A stretch of 64,000 bases of DNA, from the NCBI GenBank assembly GCA_965649825.1, contig OZ287697.1, forward strand, positions 831,635-895,634. Direction: 5' to 3'. Shown piece after piece: positions 47,214 to 59,471 of the stretch (position 1 is its first letter; every line of letters begins with the position of its first letter). A model generated the notes under the pieces. That model saw only the letters and a program-made list of their open reading frames with translations, had not been told where the DNA came from and made no database searches. Position numbers and translations under genes: made by a program. Source of the stretch: Penicillus capitatus. Its lineage: Eukaryota > Plantae > Chlorophyta.

Positions 47214-50200
47214 ATGGAACACGCGACGTCACGTTTGAATCGTTTTCGTCATTTCGTTCGAATGTCGGCGTCGTTTGCGGCTCCTCCGGGGCACATCACC
47301 CATCGTCTCCTTCTACTTCTCGCTCCACCTGAAGCGACGGTTACTCTTTTGCCCTCCGATCTCAAACGCACGTCTCCGACACTCTCCCTGTCGAACGGCG
47401 CTGTTCTGACATCGACGTCTGCGATTCTCAAGTGGATCTGTCTGGCCACGCATCATGCGCTCTATCCTTCTGAACGCGACCCCTGGAGACAGGGACAGGT
47501 CGACCAGTGGCTCGATGTCGCGCAGCAACTCGAAAAGCAGCTGTTCGTGTGGAACGGTGATGCAACCAATGGCTCTGACGCCTCTTCTGCCAAATCTGCT
47601 ATCCTCGCCATACTGCAAGGCCTCGAACATTACCTTCAAAACCGCACGTACCTCGTCGATCCTGCATTCTCGCTGGCAGACGTCGCCATATGTGCATTCA
47701 TAAAGTCCATCATGGAGCATTTGCTGGGTGTGCAAGACAGAGCCCCGTATGTCCATCTTGTGCGATGGTTCTCTACGATACATGCACGAATGTCTTCTGT
47801 TCTGGGAGATCTGCAGTTGTCGAAAAATGCAGTGGGATGGCAGATGGAAGATCCGGAAAAGAAGGCGAAGAGAGAGGCTAAAGCACGAGCCAAAGAGGAG
47901 AAGAAACTCAAAGCCTTACAGAAGAAAAATGCACAAACGAACAGCTCCGCACCATCCTCTTCGGCAAAATCCGGTCGCAAGGCCGAAGCAGAGGCAAAGA
48001 AAAAGGCAGAAGCTGCTGAGACGGAACGGATTCTCGAGATCTTGCGCCAAACGCCGAAGGGCGAGAAGAAAGACACGTCGTTGCCCATGTTGAAGGGCTA
48101 CTGCCCGGCGGTTGTTGAATCTGTATGGTACGACTGGTGGGATGCGTGTGGGTTCTTTAAACCAGATGATGGAGATTCCACCAAGCCGTCTTTTGTTCTC
48201 GTAATTCCGCCACCGAACGTGACCGGTGCGCTGCACATTGGCCACGCGCTCACCAACTCCGTTGAGGATACGATCGTTCGGTGGAAGCGCATGTCTGGTT
48301 ACAATACACTGTGGGTTCCTGGCACCGATCATGCAGGAATTGCCACACAGACAGTCGTCGAAAAGATGCTTCTCCGTGAACGGGGCCAGACGCGACATGA
48401 TATTGGCCGACAGGCGTTTCTGGATGTTGTGCACGAATGGGTCGGAAAGTACAGCAACAAGATCCGCGATCAGTTGATGCGGATCGGCTCAAGTGTGGAC
48501 TGGACACGAAAGCGGTTCACTCTGGATGAGATCATGTCCAAAGCGGTGCTCGAGGCGTTTGTCTCTTTCCATGACAAAGGTCTGATCTACCGAGAGAATC
48601 GACTGGTAAACTGGTGCTGTACACTGCGAACAGCCCTATCCGATATCGAAGTGGAATACATCGACATTCCAGGCAGGACGATGCTTTCCGTGCCAGGTCA
48701 CGCAGAGAAAGTGGCATTTGGTGTTCTGACATCCTTTGCTTATCCCTTGGAAAGCGGAGATGGCGAAATCGTTGTGGCCACGACGCGAATCGAGACGATG
48801 CTGGGAGATACGGCCGTGGCTGTGCATCCGGATGACGCCCGATACCAACACCTACATGGAAAGCACGTCATTCATCCAGTCAATGGCCGAAAGATCCCCA
48901 TCATCACCGATGCGACGCTTGTAGACATGGAGTTTGGTACAGGGGCTGTGAAGATCACGCCAGCACACGATCCGAATGACTATGCCACCGGAAAGCGCCA
49001 CGAACTGGAGTTCATTATCGTCATCGACGATGAAGGAAAGATCAATGCCAATGGTGGTCCCTTTGCTGGACAGCACAGATTCGAAGCACGTGTAACGGTG
49101 GAGAAGTTTCTAGAAGAGAAAGGATTGCTCAGAGGCGCCGAAGACAATCCCATGCGTCTGGGCCTCTGCTCCAGGAGCAGCGATGTCATTGAACCGTCAC
49201 TCAAGCCGCAGTGGTGGGTCAACTGCACGCAAATGGCGGCCGATGCCTGCACCGCCGTACGCGATGGCCGGCTGACCATTCTTCCTCGCGATTTCGAAGC
49301 CACATGGTTCCGGTGGCTGGAGAACATCCGAGACTGGTGTATCTCACGGCAGCTGTGGTGGGGACATCGCATTCCTGCCTACTATCTGCAGTTTGAGGAT
49401 GAGACGGAGGAAGGCTCTGGACTTCCTGGGCGGCAATCAGAGAAAGGAGAGCGTTGGTTTGTCGGTCGAAGTCTACAGGAGGCAGAGACCAAAGCGAAAG
49501 AACAGTATCCCGATCGTCCATTTCGCCTGTTACAGGATGAAGATGTGCTGGACACCTGGTTCTCTTCTGGTCTCTTTCCCTTTTCCGTTATGGGATGGCC
49601 AGATGTCACATCAGACTTCAAGAAATACTATCCGACATCTCTGCTGGAGACGGGACATGATATTCTCTTCTTCTGGGTGGCCAGGATGGTGATGATGGGG
49701 ATGTCTTTGACAGGCGAAGTGCCATTCAGCCATGTTTACCTGCATTCCATGATCCGAGATGCCCATGGACGCAAAATGTCGAAGAGTCTTGGCAATGTCA
49801 TCGATCCGATTCACGTCATCGAGGGCATTACTCTCGAAGAGCTGCACAAAACGCTTGAAACGGGCAACCTCGATGCACGAGAAATCGCCAAAGCAACTGC
49901 TGGGCAAAAGGCCGATTTCCCCGACGGTAGGTGACCCCTTGCTTAATGTGGATGACCATACGTGACTGAGACCACATGATGGTGTAGGTATTGCTGAATG
50001 TGGGGCAGATGCCTTGCGTTTTGCACTGATGTCTTACACGTCTCAATCGGGTGACATTAATCTGGATGTGAAACGTGTTGTGGCCTATCGCCATTGGTGC
50101 AATAAACTGTGGAACGCCATTCGCTTTGCCATGCTCCATCTATCCGATGCCTTCGTCCCTTCTCTCCATCTGGATCCATCCACCATGCCAGCACCTGCCA

Positions 50201-51069
50201 GATGGATACTGAGCCGACTGAGCAACGCCACCAAGTCTATTGTCGAGTCTATGGAGGCCTATGCGTTCGGAAACGCCACCAAGCATCTCTACGCTTTCTG
50301 GATGGATGATCTCTGCGATGTCTACATTGAAGTAATGAAACCTGTCATGTCACTAGAAGATGCGGCGCATCATCAGATCAAGCAAAACACACGTGAAGCG
50401 CTCTGGCTTTGTTTGGACTATGGTCTACGATTACTGCATCCTTTTATGCCGTTTGTCACAGAGGAGCTCTGGCAACGACTGCCACGTCGTTCCGATCAGA
50501 ATGAGATTCCATCGATCATGGTGGCGTCCTATCCCTCCTTTACACCTGAATGGGTTGATGTCGAACTGGAAGAAGACGTGCGATATGTGAATCAGTTGGT
50601 GTCCAAGACGCGTCAGGTTCGTGCCGACTATGGACTGATCTCGCATCAGAAGCCATCTCTGTATATTGTCTGTGCATCGGAACGTATGAGAGGCGTCTTG
50701 GAACGCTTCAAACAAGAGATTGCCACGTTGAGCAGCTCATCCGAAGTGCAGGTTATGGACGGGCAGGCAGATCTACCGTCAGGTTGCAGTGTTCTGGTCG
50801 TCGATGCAGATACCCGGCTCCATCTCCATCTAACCGATATACTCGATCCCGTCAAGGAACTTGAAAAACTCAATGGCAAATTGCAGGAAGCGCAGAAGAG
50901 TGAAGAAAAAATGAGCGAGAAAATGTCGAAGGCGGCATACCAGCAGAAAACGCCAGATAACATTAAGGCCGTGGACAATGAAAACCTGGAGAAAAAGAAG
51001 GCCGAGGTCGTCAACCTCAAATCCTCTATCCTCTCTATGGAACAGTTGAAAGCGAGTGGTCTTCGATGA
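47214..51069 (+). CDS. VARS1: Valyl-tRNA synthetase with N-terminal GST-like domain; intron 49927-49987; alternative start 47262
   Basis: [61 protein letters not shown]. Confidence 0.97.
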
Positions 51070-51413
51070 CGCCTGTGAAGAGCGAGCGCAATGAGCTGTG
51101 TAAACGCCAGTCACATCACGCTTCCGCCACCGCGTCCGCTTCTGCGCTCGTCGTCTGTATGCATCCTCAGCTTCTTGCCGTCACATCATCTCACGTCATT
51201 GCACATGGCTGCGGTTGTGTTGCCTTGATGTGACCCGGTTCGATCGCCGATCGCGACAACTATTAAACGACTTGCTCACATAGTAAAGCGCTTTTGTTTT
51301 TTTCGCTCGAGTTGTGTTGATAGCAAGCAGTGTGGTGACGTTTGTTCTAAAAATCGGCCTCTCTTAGTTCATTCCTCACACTTCCTTTTTTCTTGTCGCA
51401 TACACACACCCCT

Positions 51414-53422
51414 ATGCTCTACGCCTCTTCTTACGTCACAACACTTTACGATGCATACGTGGCCGTCCTCGAATGCACGATATCAATTGTGGTGGCGCTT
51501 TCGGTTCTGATTTCTATTGACCGTCTTTTTCAGATTGTCAAATACGTTCTTCTCAAACTAAATGCGCGTCTCTTGAACAAACACCAGGAGTCGTGCTTTC
51601 GTTGTTTACCTTTTCCCGATCCTCTGCAGTTTCCAGAACAATATCCCAAAGTCGCAGTGCAGTTGCCTATGTTCAATGAACGCGCCGTATGTCAGTCAAT
51701 CATCGACCACTGTTGTTCTCTTGTTTGGCCGGCCGGCCGCCTCACTGTCCAGGTCCGGATGACGAAACGGCAGATATCATGATGTGACGTCATCGGAAGT
51801 AGGTTCTGGACGATTCGACGGATAGAGCGGCGCGCGAGTTGGTGGATGAAAGAGTGGCGTTATGGCGCGAACGCGGTGTCCATGTGTCCTGTGTGCGACG
51901 CACGAATCGCCAGGGATACAAAGCTGGAGCTCTGAAAGAAGTGTGATCTCACACACGACAGAATTTTGAATGCAGCGCAATCGTGTGTGCGCACTTAGGG
52001 TCTTGAGCTTTTGGCCGGTTATGAATTCATTGCCATCTTCGACGCAGATTTCAAGCCAGCACCGGATTTCCTGGTAAAATCTCACTCTTTTGGGGTTAAG
52101 TAAGAAATGTGATGTAGCTGCGCATGGTGCCGTACATACACTGCAACGATGACGTCGGATACGTGCAAGCGAGATGGGTTTTTGACAATCCCAACGAGTC
52201 TTACCTCACCAAAGTACTCATCTTTTGCCATAATAATGAGAAAAAGAGTGACATATGCGTTTGTACAGGCTCAAGAGATCTCACTGAATTATCATATGAA
52301 GTGTGAACAGTGGATACATTTCGTCTCGGGATCTTTCTTCAACTTCAACGGCACAGCCGGGATCTGGAGAAAACAGACGATCGAAGATGTGGGTGGATGG
52401 AATGCGCGCACGACAGTAGAGGATATGGATCTATCTCTCAGAACCTACGTGGCTGGCTGGAGAGCCGTCTTTGCTAAAGATATCTGTGTGCTCAATGAAT
52501 TACCATCGTCGTTCTTTGCCTACCGAAAGCAACAGCATCGATGGACGTGTGGTCCAGTGCAGCTATGGAAACGTACCAGTCACGCCATTTGGACATCCAA
52601 TCTCCCATGGCTTCGAAAACTTGAGATCAACTTCCTTTTCTTTATGTTGAGAAAAACCTCCAATCATTTCGTCGCTTTTGGCCTCTGTTTTCTCGTGCCA
52701 CTCACCGTCTTTAGTCCCGAGGTCTGCAAAGTTCATGTCGCATGTCAAAAGTGTGAGATGTGTGTACAGGTGTCTATTCCATTGTGGGCATTGGTGCATC
52801 TTCCCGTGGCTGTCACGCTGACGGCATCTCCTTTCACTCGCAGAGGATGGATCCATAGCGTTGTCCATGTATTGTTTGAGAATGCAATGGGTGTCGTGAA
52901 ACTCTGGGCCGTTCTGAATGGACTGTTTGATCTCAGAAGGGCACACGAATGGATCGTGACGGCTAAGACTGGAACATCCGACAAACGACCTGCGTTTTCG
53001 TTGGCAGCATTTCGATCCTGTAGAGCTTATGTTGCTGAATTTCTCATTGGAGTCTTTTTCACCACTGCGACATTTTACTCCATCTTCTGTGTCCACAGAT
53101 GGACCTTTGCTATCTTCCTCGGCCTTCAGGGTATGTGTCGCGTATGAGTGTAAGAGAGTGTGATGATGATGTTGTGTATGCAGGATGTGTGTTCTTTGCT
53201 TTTGGATTGAATTTGGTTGACACTGGAGGACTACTGGGACGGCCTTTGCGCCAGCACTCGTTGGCGGCCTGTCTGCCCGAAGACATCAGCATATCGGGAA
53301 AAGAATCGAAACGCGTTTTGCCTTTACATAAAGCTCCACACAAAACAGACAGTGCAGTTTGGTCCACGCCGTCTAGTGGATTGCAGAAAGCAAAGTCCTT
53401 TCCCCTTTCACATATGGCTTGA
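51414..53422 (+). CDS. CSLA: Cellulose-synthase-like A/C glycosyltransferase (GT2, probable mannan synthase), multi-exon
   Basis: VQLPMFNE, DDS, GYKAGAL, IFDADF, FNGTAG, TVEDMDLSLR, QQHRW (D,D,D,QxxRW) and C-terminal TM helices. Confidence 0.92.
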
Positions 53423-54689
53423 CGAATCCGTCTTTTCTGTGTCGTCTGAATAAATAAATGATTCCTGAACTGTGATCGAACGGAGGATGTGTTTGTTCAA
53501 AGCGCAGAGATCTGTGCAGCACTTTGACAGAATGCCACGCGCAATTTTTTCTCGAGACATGTTTTTTCGTTGCTTTCATGCGGCGGGATGATGAACTGGG
53601 GTGGGCCAATTTCGGTTCTCTGTTGATTCTTTGTGATATGACGTTTAGTCGGTTGTGTTCACGATGCCTGAGAATGTGTCCAATTCCCGACAAGCGACAG
53701 AAGGATCGCATCCACTCGACGCCCTCTTTCACTGCATCAGCATTCGGGCTACACGTGCAACCAAGTATGGTAAACATGCTGTTCTATAGATGACATTAGC
53801 AGTTCTCGAAATAGCTTGCCTTGGAGAAAGCGTGTTAAAATTGAAGCAGCAGTTTCTATTGTTCCGTGTATCAAATGCACTGTTTTCTGTTTCATGCACT
53901 ATACACAGTGCGGAAGCTTGCCGTCTCGATGCATCGACATATGGAGGCAAGAAAGTGTCCATCGGTTTCCTTTCTATAACCGTACAGTCGGGTCGTATGC
54001 AGTGTGCCTGATGTTTTTGGTGCGACGCCTGTCAGATGACATCCAGATCTCCAGCTGCTCTCATCGTACAATGGAAAAAGTGATACTTCAGAAGCTTGCA
54101 GAGCCTACCGATATCGCTGCTATTGTTTTTCTCGCTCAAAAGTTCAGCTTAAAGACGGCGGTTGTGTCGCCACTCGTCAGAGGTATGTGTACTTGATTGA
54201 CTCCCGCTCTGTTGGGCATCTAAGTCTGCACATCTTCTTTTAAACAGGTGGCACGTCGGATGAAAGAAGATCTGTTTTTGCTTCTCTACTCTTTCATGAC
54301 TTTAGAATCGGGTGTTGTGAAAATGGACTGAGTTGTCACTTGTCATCGAATTTTACGAAAAGCGAAGACTGTCCTTTATGTTTGTTGAATCTTGGTCAAC
54401 TAACAGACTCGACGGCGTCCTTTTGAGTGCCCTGTCCAGAGTTGGACGCATGGTCAGAGAGAGATCTTCAAGTTGTCCTTTATTTAAATAGAAGCCGGGT
54501 TCTTTGGAGATTCGGCAGCAAAGGTGCTAATGAATGTGCAGTAAGTGGGAGTTTGGAGTGCACTGGGAAAGAAGAATGCATTTCAAACAAAAGTTAAAGT
54601 GTCCGCGTCTGTGAGCGGACAAGAACGAAAACTGGAGGACCACGAAGGATAGCGACGTTACGTGACTGTCTATGATTGACACGTCAGGC

Positions 54690-55650
54690 GTGAAATGACG
54701 TTTGACTCATTCTTGGTTAACGTCAGGCTGTCGTGGAGAGAATCGCGCATTCTGATTGGCGACTGCGGGTCGTGGTTGTTCCAGCTGTCAACTCCTCGAC
54801 TACAAAACGCTCAACGCCATTCCCGTTTTCGCATTTTCTGCTTTTCCGAATATGTGCAGGTTTTCGGAGTGCGCAGTCAGACACTCCCGGCGACAAACTT
54901 CATCAGGTGCGGTCTGTCTATTGCGTCGACGCTGTACCAACGTGGCGTCTTTGTCGACGAATGTTTCTTCCGTAGGTTTCCTCCTCGGGTATGTGACGGA
55001 TACGGACGAGTTTCCGCGAAGTCTCCGACGAGTTGAAGGTTCATCCGTCCTTGCTCCTTGCGCACTGATCAACTGCGTCGCCGACTGCAAAAAAGGGTCA
55101 GTCCTGACGTGCGCCGAGCAGTCGACAATGGCAGAGAGGCAAAAGTTAAAGGAAAGACTCGCCAAATCCGAAGGCTACACGACTTCCAAAGGTAACCGCC
55201 AATCTATAGGAAAGACAGCGCTTGGACTTTCTGGAAACCTTAGGGGATCATAAGACAGCGGGTACGGAAAAGCGACAGAAGACGTCAAGGGCTCGGAGTC
55301 ACCACCGAAAAGTAGAACCCACTTCTGGAAGGCTCTAATGGCTTACTTGCGTGTGATTGACAGAATAGTCAAACGCTTTGTAGGAAGACAAAGAATTGAA
55401 GGAGCCAACTAGGCCTCCAACGTTACCACTGTCAAGACAGGTAAGGGTCTTTTCAACAAGCTTGGTTTATGAAACTCGCATGTGCTTGCCTGCATTTTCA
55501 GACAACGTGGTGGTGACTACCGCCCTTAAATTTTTGACCTTGTTCCTCACTCAAGTACCTCGAGACCGGCTTTGGTTTCGGGGGAACCCTAATTTTTGTC
55601 TGGTTGTCTATAAGCCAGATGGACCACATGACCGAACAGATCTTGTTCTA
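54690..55650 (+). repeat. Repeat family B, copy B2 (diverged, internally deleted, inverted relative to B1/B3)
   Basis: TGACGTTTGACTC..CTGATTGGC..CTCGACTACAAAACGCTCAACGCCAT and ACCCTAATTTTTGTCTGG..GCCAGATGG..CACATGACCGAACAGATC match the reverse complement of B1/B3. Confidence 0.85.
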
Positions 55651-56258
55651 TATCCGTGAGCGCAGGCGTCGTTCATCTGATTCCCGAGAATCTCTAAACC
55701 AGTAACGAGGGTGGTTAACCTGCTGCAAACTAACCGAGAAACGCACAAGTTCAGACGCGGTTTTGAGGTCTGTGAGCATTCTTCGACGCGGACACAAGGT
55801 TAAAGGCGTGACGTTCTGGGTATTTGAAGAGAGTGGTCATGTACTCGAATGAACTGCCACAATTTCTTGCACCAAAAAAATCCCGTATTTGTCTTGTTGT
55901 CGAATTTAGCTCGTTTCGAGTCAACGCCTTTATTACATAGACTCTATCAACCACGAGCAGTATTGGTGACCTTCGTAAGGTAGGAAAAATCTGATGACAA
56001 AGTCAGAGACATTAGAATGATCCGCCAGATGGAGCAGAACGCTGCAAAATCTTCCACCAAATACTTGCAAAATTTTCCATTAGTACGTAGGTTTACAAGG
56101 ATTCGTACCTCTGGCACGCATTAACACAAACCAATTGTTCAAAACTGCAAGTGATGTGTTCATTGAGACATCTTGTGCATAGTTCGAAGTGTTTAAAGTA
56201 TAATACATAGTGTCGGAGGGACGAGCTATGACAAGGCTGATATAAATGTCCTCTCTGG

Positions 56259-57722
56259 CGAAATATATCCCAGATGGGCGTCACATGATAGGACAGGATC
56301 TGTTCGGTCATGTGGCGCCCATCTGGCTTACAGATCGCCAGACAAAAATTAGGGTGCCCCGAAACCGAAACCGGTTGCCGAGGGACCTGAGTGAGGATTA
56401 GGGACGTCAAAAATGAGGGGCGGTGGCCGCCACCGCTAGAAGCCTGTCGAACAGGCAGCCCATCGGCCGCGATCCTGCGGATCTGCGAGGTCCGAGGTGC
56501 GAGACAGAGGAAGGAATGATGGGAGCACACTACTGGGCCCGCCGGAGGAATTCCGTCCGTAGACGCAACACCTGAAAGTAACACATGGGCGAGGCGGAGG
56601 GCTTACTGTTCGGCGTCCTCGCGGACGCTCTTAGTAGCCCCTGTCCGTCACTTCGAAAGCGTACGACGGACCACGGCTTCGTGTCTCCCTGGGAGGCGAT
56701 TCCCCGTCTTCGTCTCCCGCACCCCGAGTCAACAGTGTCGCGTCAGTGGACTGCGCACGCGCACGCGCACACTCCCAGAACCTGCCTTCCCCATCGCATT
56801 CGGCGTCTTCTCGGGGGGAACCTGCACACGATCTACATGTCATTTATGCGGCGAAGCCCAGTCCTACCTGTCCAGATCCTTCTTCAATCTTAGCCATCGT
56901 GCCTTTCCGTTCAGATCATCGACCACCCTGTGATGCAAGGTGCACGTTAACATCATCGTAACTTTAAAGAAGACCTTACCGTCTGGAGTGGTGCACTGAG
57001 CTCGACTCGATCATTTCCATTCTTTATTATCCTCTGAAACGTCCAATAATTCTGTCGAGCACAAACACGTCATTAGCAGAGCGTTAACGAAACGAGTATT
57101 ACGTTGATATTGCCATATCCGAGGTCTTGGCTTCTTCTCTCACTTGTCCGTCCCCGCTGTCGCATCGTCCCCTAAGGCTTCCAAAAGAGTTTAGGCGCTG
57201 TCTTACTGCAGACGGGAGGTTACCTTCGGCAAAGATGTCCTTCGGCTTCGGCAGGTCTTTCGTTTTGCTCTCTCAGCTGCTCTCTCGTTGACAGTCTTTG
57301 GACCGCGTCTAGATTGACCCGCTGTTTGCATTCGTCGTCGGAGTCTGTAAACATACGAGGACAAACCTTCAATCCGTCGGAGACTGCGGAGAACCGGAGT
57401 CCGTCGAACACCCACGAAAGGAAACACTGCGTTGACAGGGACGCCAGGTTAGCACATCGACGACGGGAAAAGCGAACCGTACCCGAAGAATGTTGTCGTC
57501 AGTAGTGTCCGACTGCGCACTCCGAAAGCCTACACACAAACGGAAAACAGAAAAGGCGGAAATGGGTATGGCGTTGAGCGTTTTGTAGTCGAGGTAACGT
57601 CTGGAACAGATTCGATCCCGCTCTCGGCCAGTCAGAATGCTCCATTTCCCCCGCGACAGTCCGACGTCAGCAGAAACGAGTCAAACGTCACTTCACTCCG
57701 CGAGCACAACCTACAACATCGC
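56259..57722 (-). repeat. Repeat family B, copy B3
   Basis: Colinear with 1711-3185. A 20-bp direct duplication GAGTCAAACGTCACTTCACT lies at its right end (~57678 and ~57723). Confidence 0.9.
56270..56326. other. Terminal hairpin of B3
   Basis: Identical to 1722-1778. Confidence 0.85.
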
Positions 57723-58241
57723 GAGTCAAACGTCACTTCACTTGGCAGACACCATCCAGAACATCGCGACACAGGTAGTTCTCTATGTCGAGAAGAAGGC
57801 CTGTGTCCGTGTGGCCTCCAGTTGGCAATCATTGACAAGCGAATGCATCTCTTCATCTCAATGATAAATCTTTTGTTTTCCTCAATTTTCCTGTCTTTCT
57901 TCTGTCCTGTGCAGCTTTCCACGGCCGCAGCTCGAAGGGGGAGGAAGGCTCCACATACTTGTGCTCAAACTCACATGTTCAAGTTGCACCTCCTTTCGTT
58001 TGCAGTTAGTTTGAATACCGCAGGGTCGATTATATCGATGTCCGCTTTTGAGAGACGATGACGCGCGCCGTTGCCGACAGTTCTGTGTGCCAATTCCATC
58101 GGCTCAAGAGCTGAATCGGATTTGCAAATGCTAAGTGCCTTGATAACCGTCGATTGTTTCAGCGCGCTTAAAGAGACAACCTTATGCTGGCAAAACTTAG
58201 AGAATGCCGTTACATGCCATTGTACTCGGTTCGCTTATATA

Positions 58242-58470
58242 GGCCGTACCCCTGGTGGTAGGTCTGAAAAAGGAAAATGCTCGGATTTGTGGACAGGCCG
58301 TACCCCTGGTGGTAGGTCTGAAAAAGGAAAATGCTCGGATTTGTGGACAGGCCGAGCTCATGGTGGTAGGTCTGAAAAAGGAAAATGCTCGGATTTGTGG
58401 ACAGGCCGAGCTCATGGTGGTAGGTCTGAAAAAGGAAAATGCTCGGATTTGTGGACAGGCCGAGCTCATG
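58242..58470. repeat. 54-bp tandem repeat, ~4 units plus partial
   Basis: GGTCTGAAAAAGGAAAATGCTCGGATTTGTGGACAGGCCG recurs every 54 bp. Confidence 0.93.
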
Positions 58471-59471
58471 GTGACAGACAGGTCCGAGCAAGGAAAAAGC
58501 CCGGAATCTTGGAAAGCACATACAAAGGTATCAGATTGCCCTTGACCACAAACAACACTTCTTATTTCCAATGCGTGCCCTAATGTAGACCGTGCAACCA
58601 TCTGATGTTGGAAAATATCGTCTCGTCCGTTGCCCCCTACAGACCAAACTACCGAAACCTTGTCTAGAATGGGCGCCCTCCGGTCATTCGACATCCCAAA
58701 ACAATCGATTCACATTCTCGTCCCTTGGCGATCTAACCGTTCAGCCATCCAGAACACACCCCTCGTTCTCGCAGCCAACATCCGCTGCCGGAGCACTTGA
58801 TCAACCAACCGCCTTCGGAAATCCCGGCCGAATGACTCACTAGACCACCATCCCACCTCCACGTGGAAACCGACATTTCCCCGGGCCAGGCGCGAAGGCA
58901 AAGCTTCGCGCAAATCGCACTCCGGAAAACCAGCTCGCCATAGGCTCTAAAGACCAATGCGGACGACACCCCGAACGGTATCAGAAATAGAAAAAAACGC
59001 AGAGAGAAAAAACCACATGCCTAGAACACACACCAGAAACAAAAAACGAGCGGTTGCGCGAGGAAGAAAAAACCACGATTCCTAGATAGACACACAAACG
59101 TACGAAAAACTTGCGCGTTGAGCCAAGGCAGTCGCGGAGTTCTGGGAGGCATTCCGCGGCCACGGTACGGAATGCGGTCCCACTGCACTCCGGCCTTCCC
59201 TTTCCCTGTCGTTCGCCGCAACCCGTGTTCTCGCTCACCCTTGATCGTTGTGCCCGGCCGACCTCGAAAACAAGCACCAAGACACCTTCAACGTGCACCT
59301 CGCCGTCTAACGCATTAGATCGCCAATCGTCTCCGCATGCCTTGCGGACCTTTACTTAGCTTCTCGTCTCACCCGCCCGTGTCGACAAAGGTTTCGCCTC
59401 CTACGAATAGAGACTCCCGATACGTGCTCCCGCCAAATCTCCTCCGCATTCCAAGCCACCGCGACAGTTGC

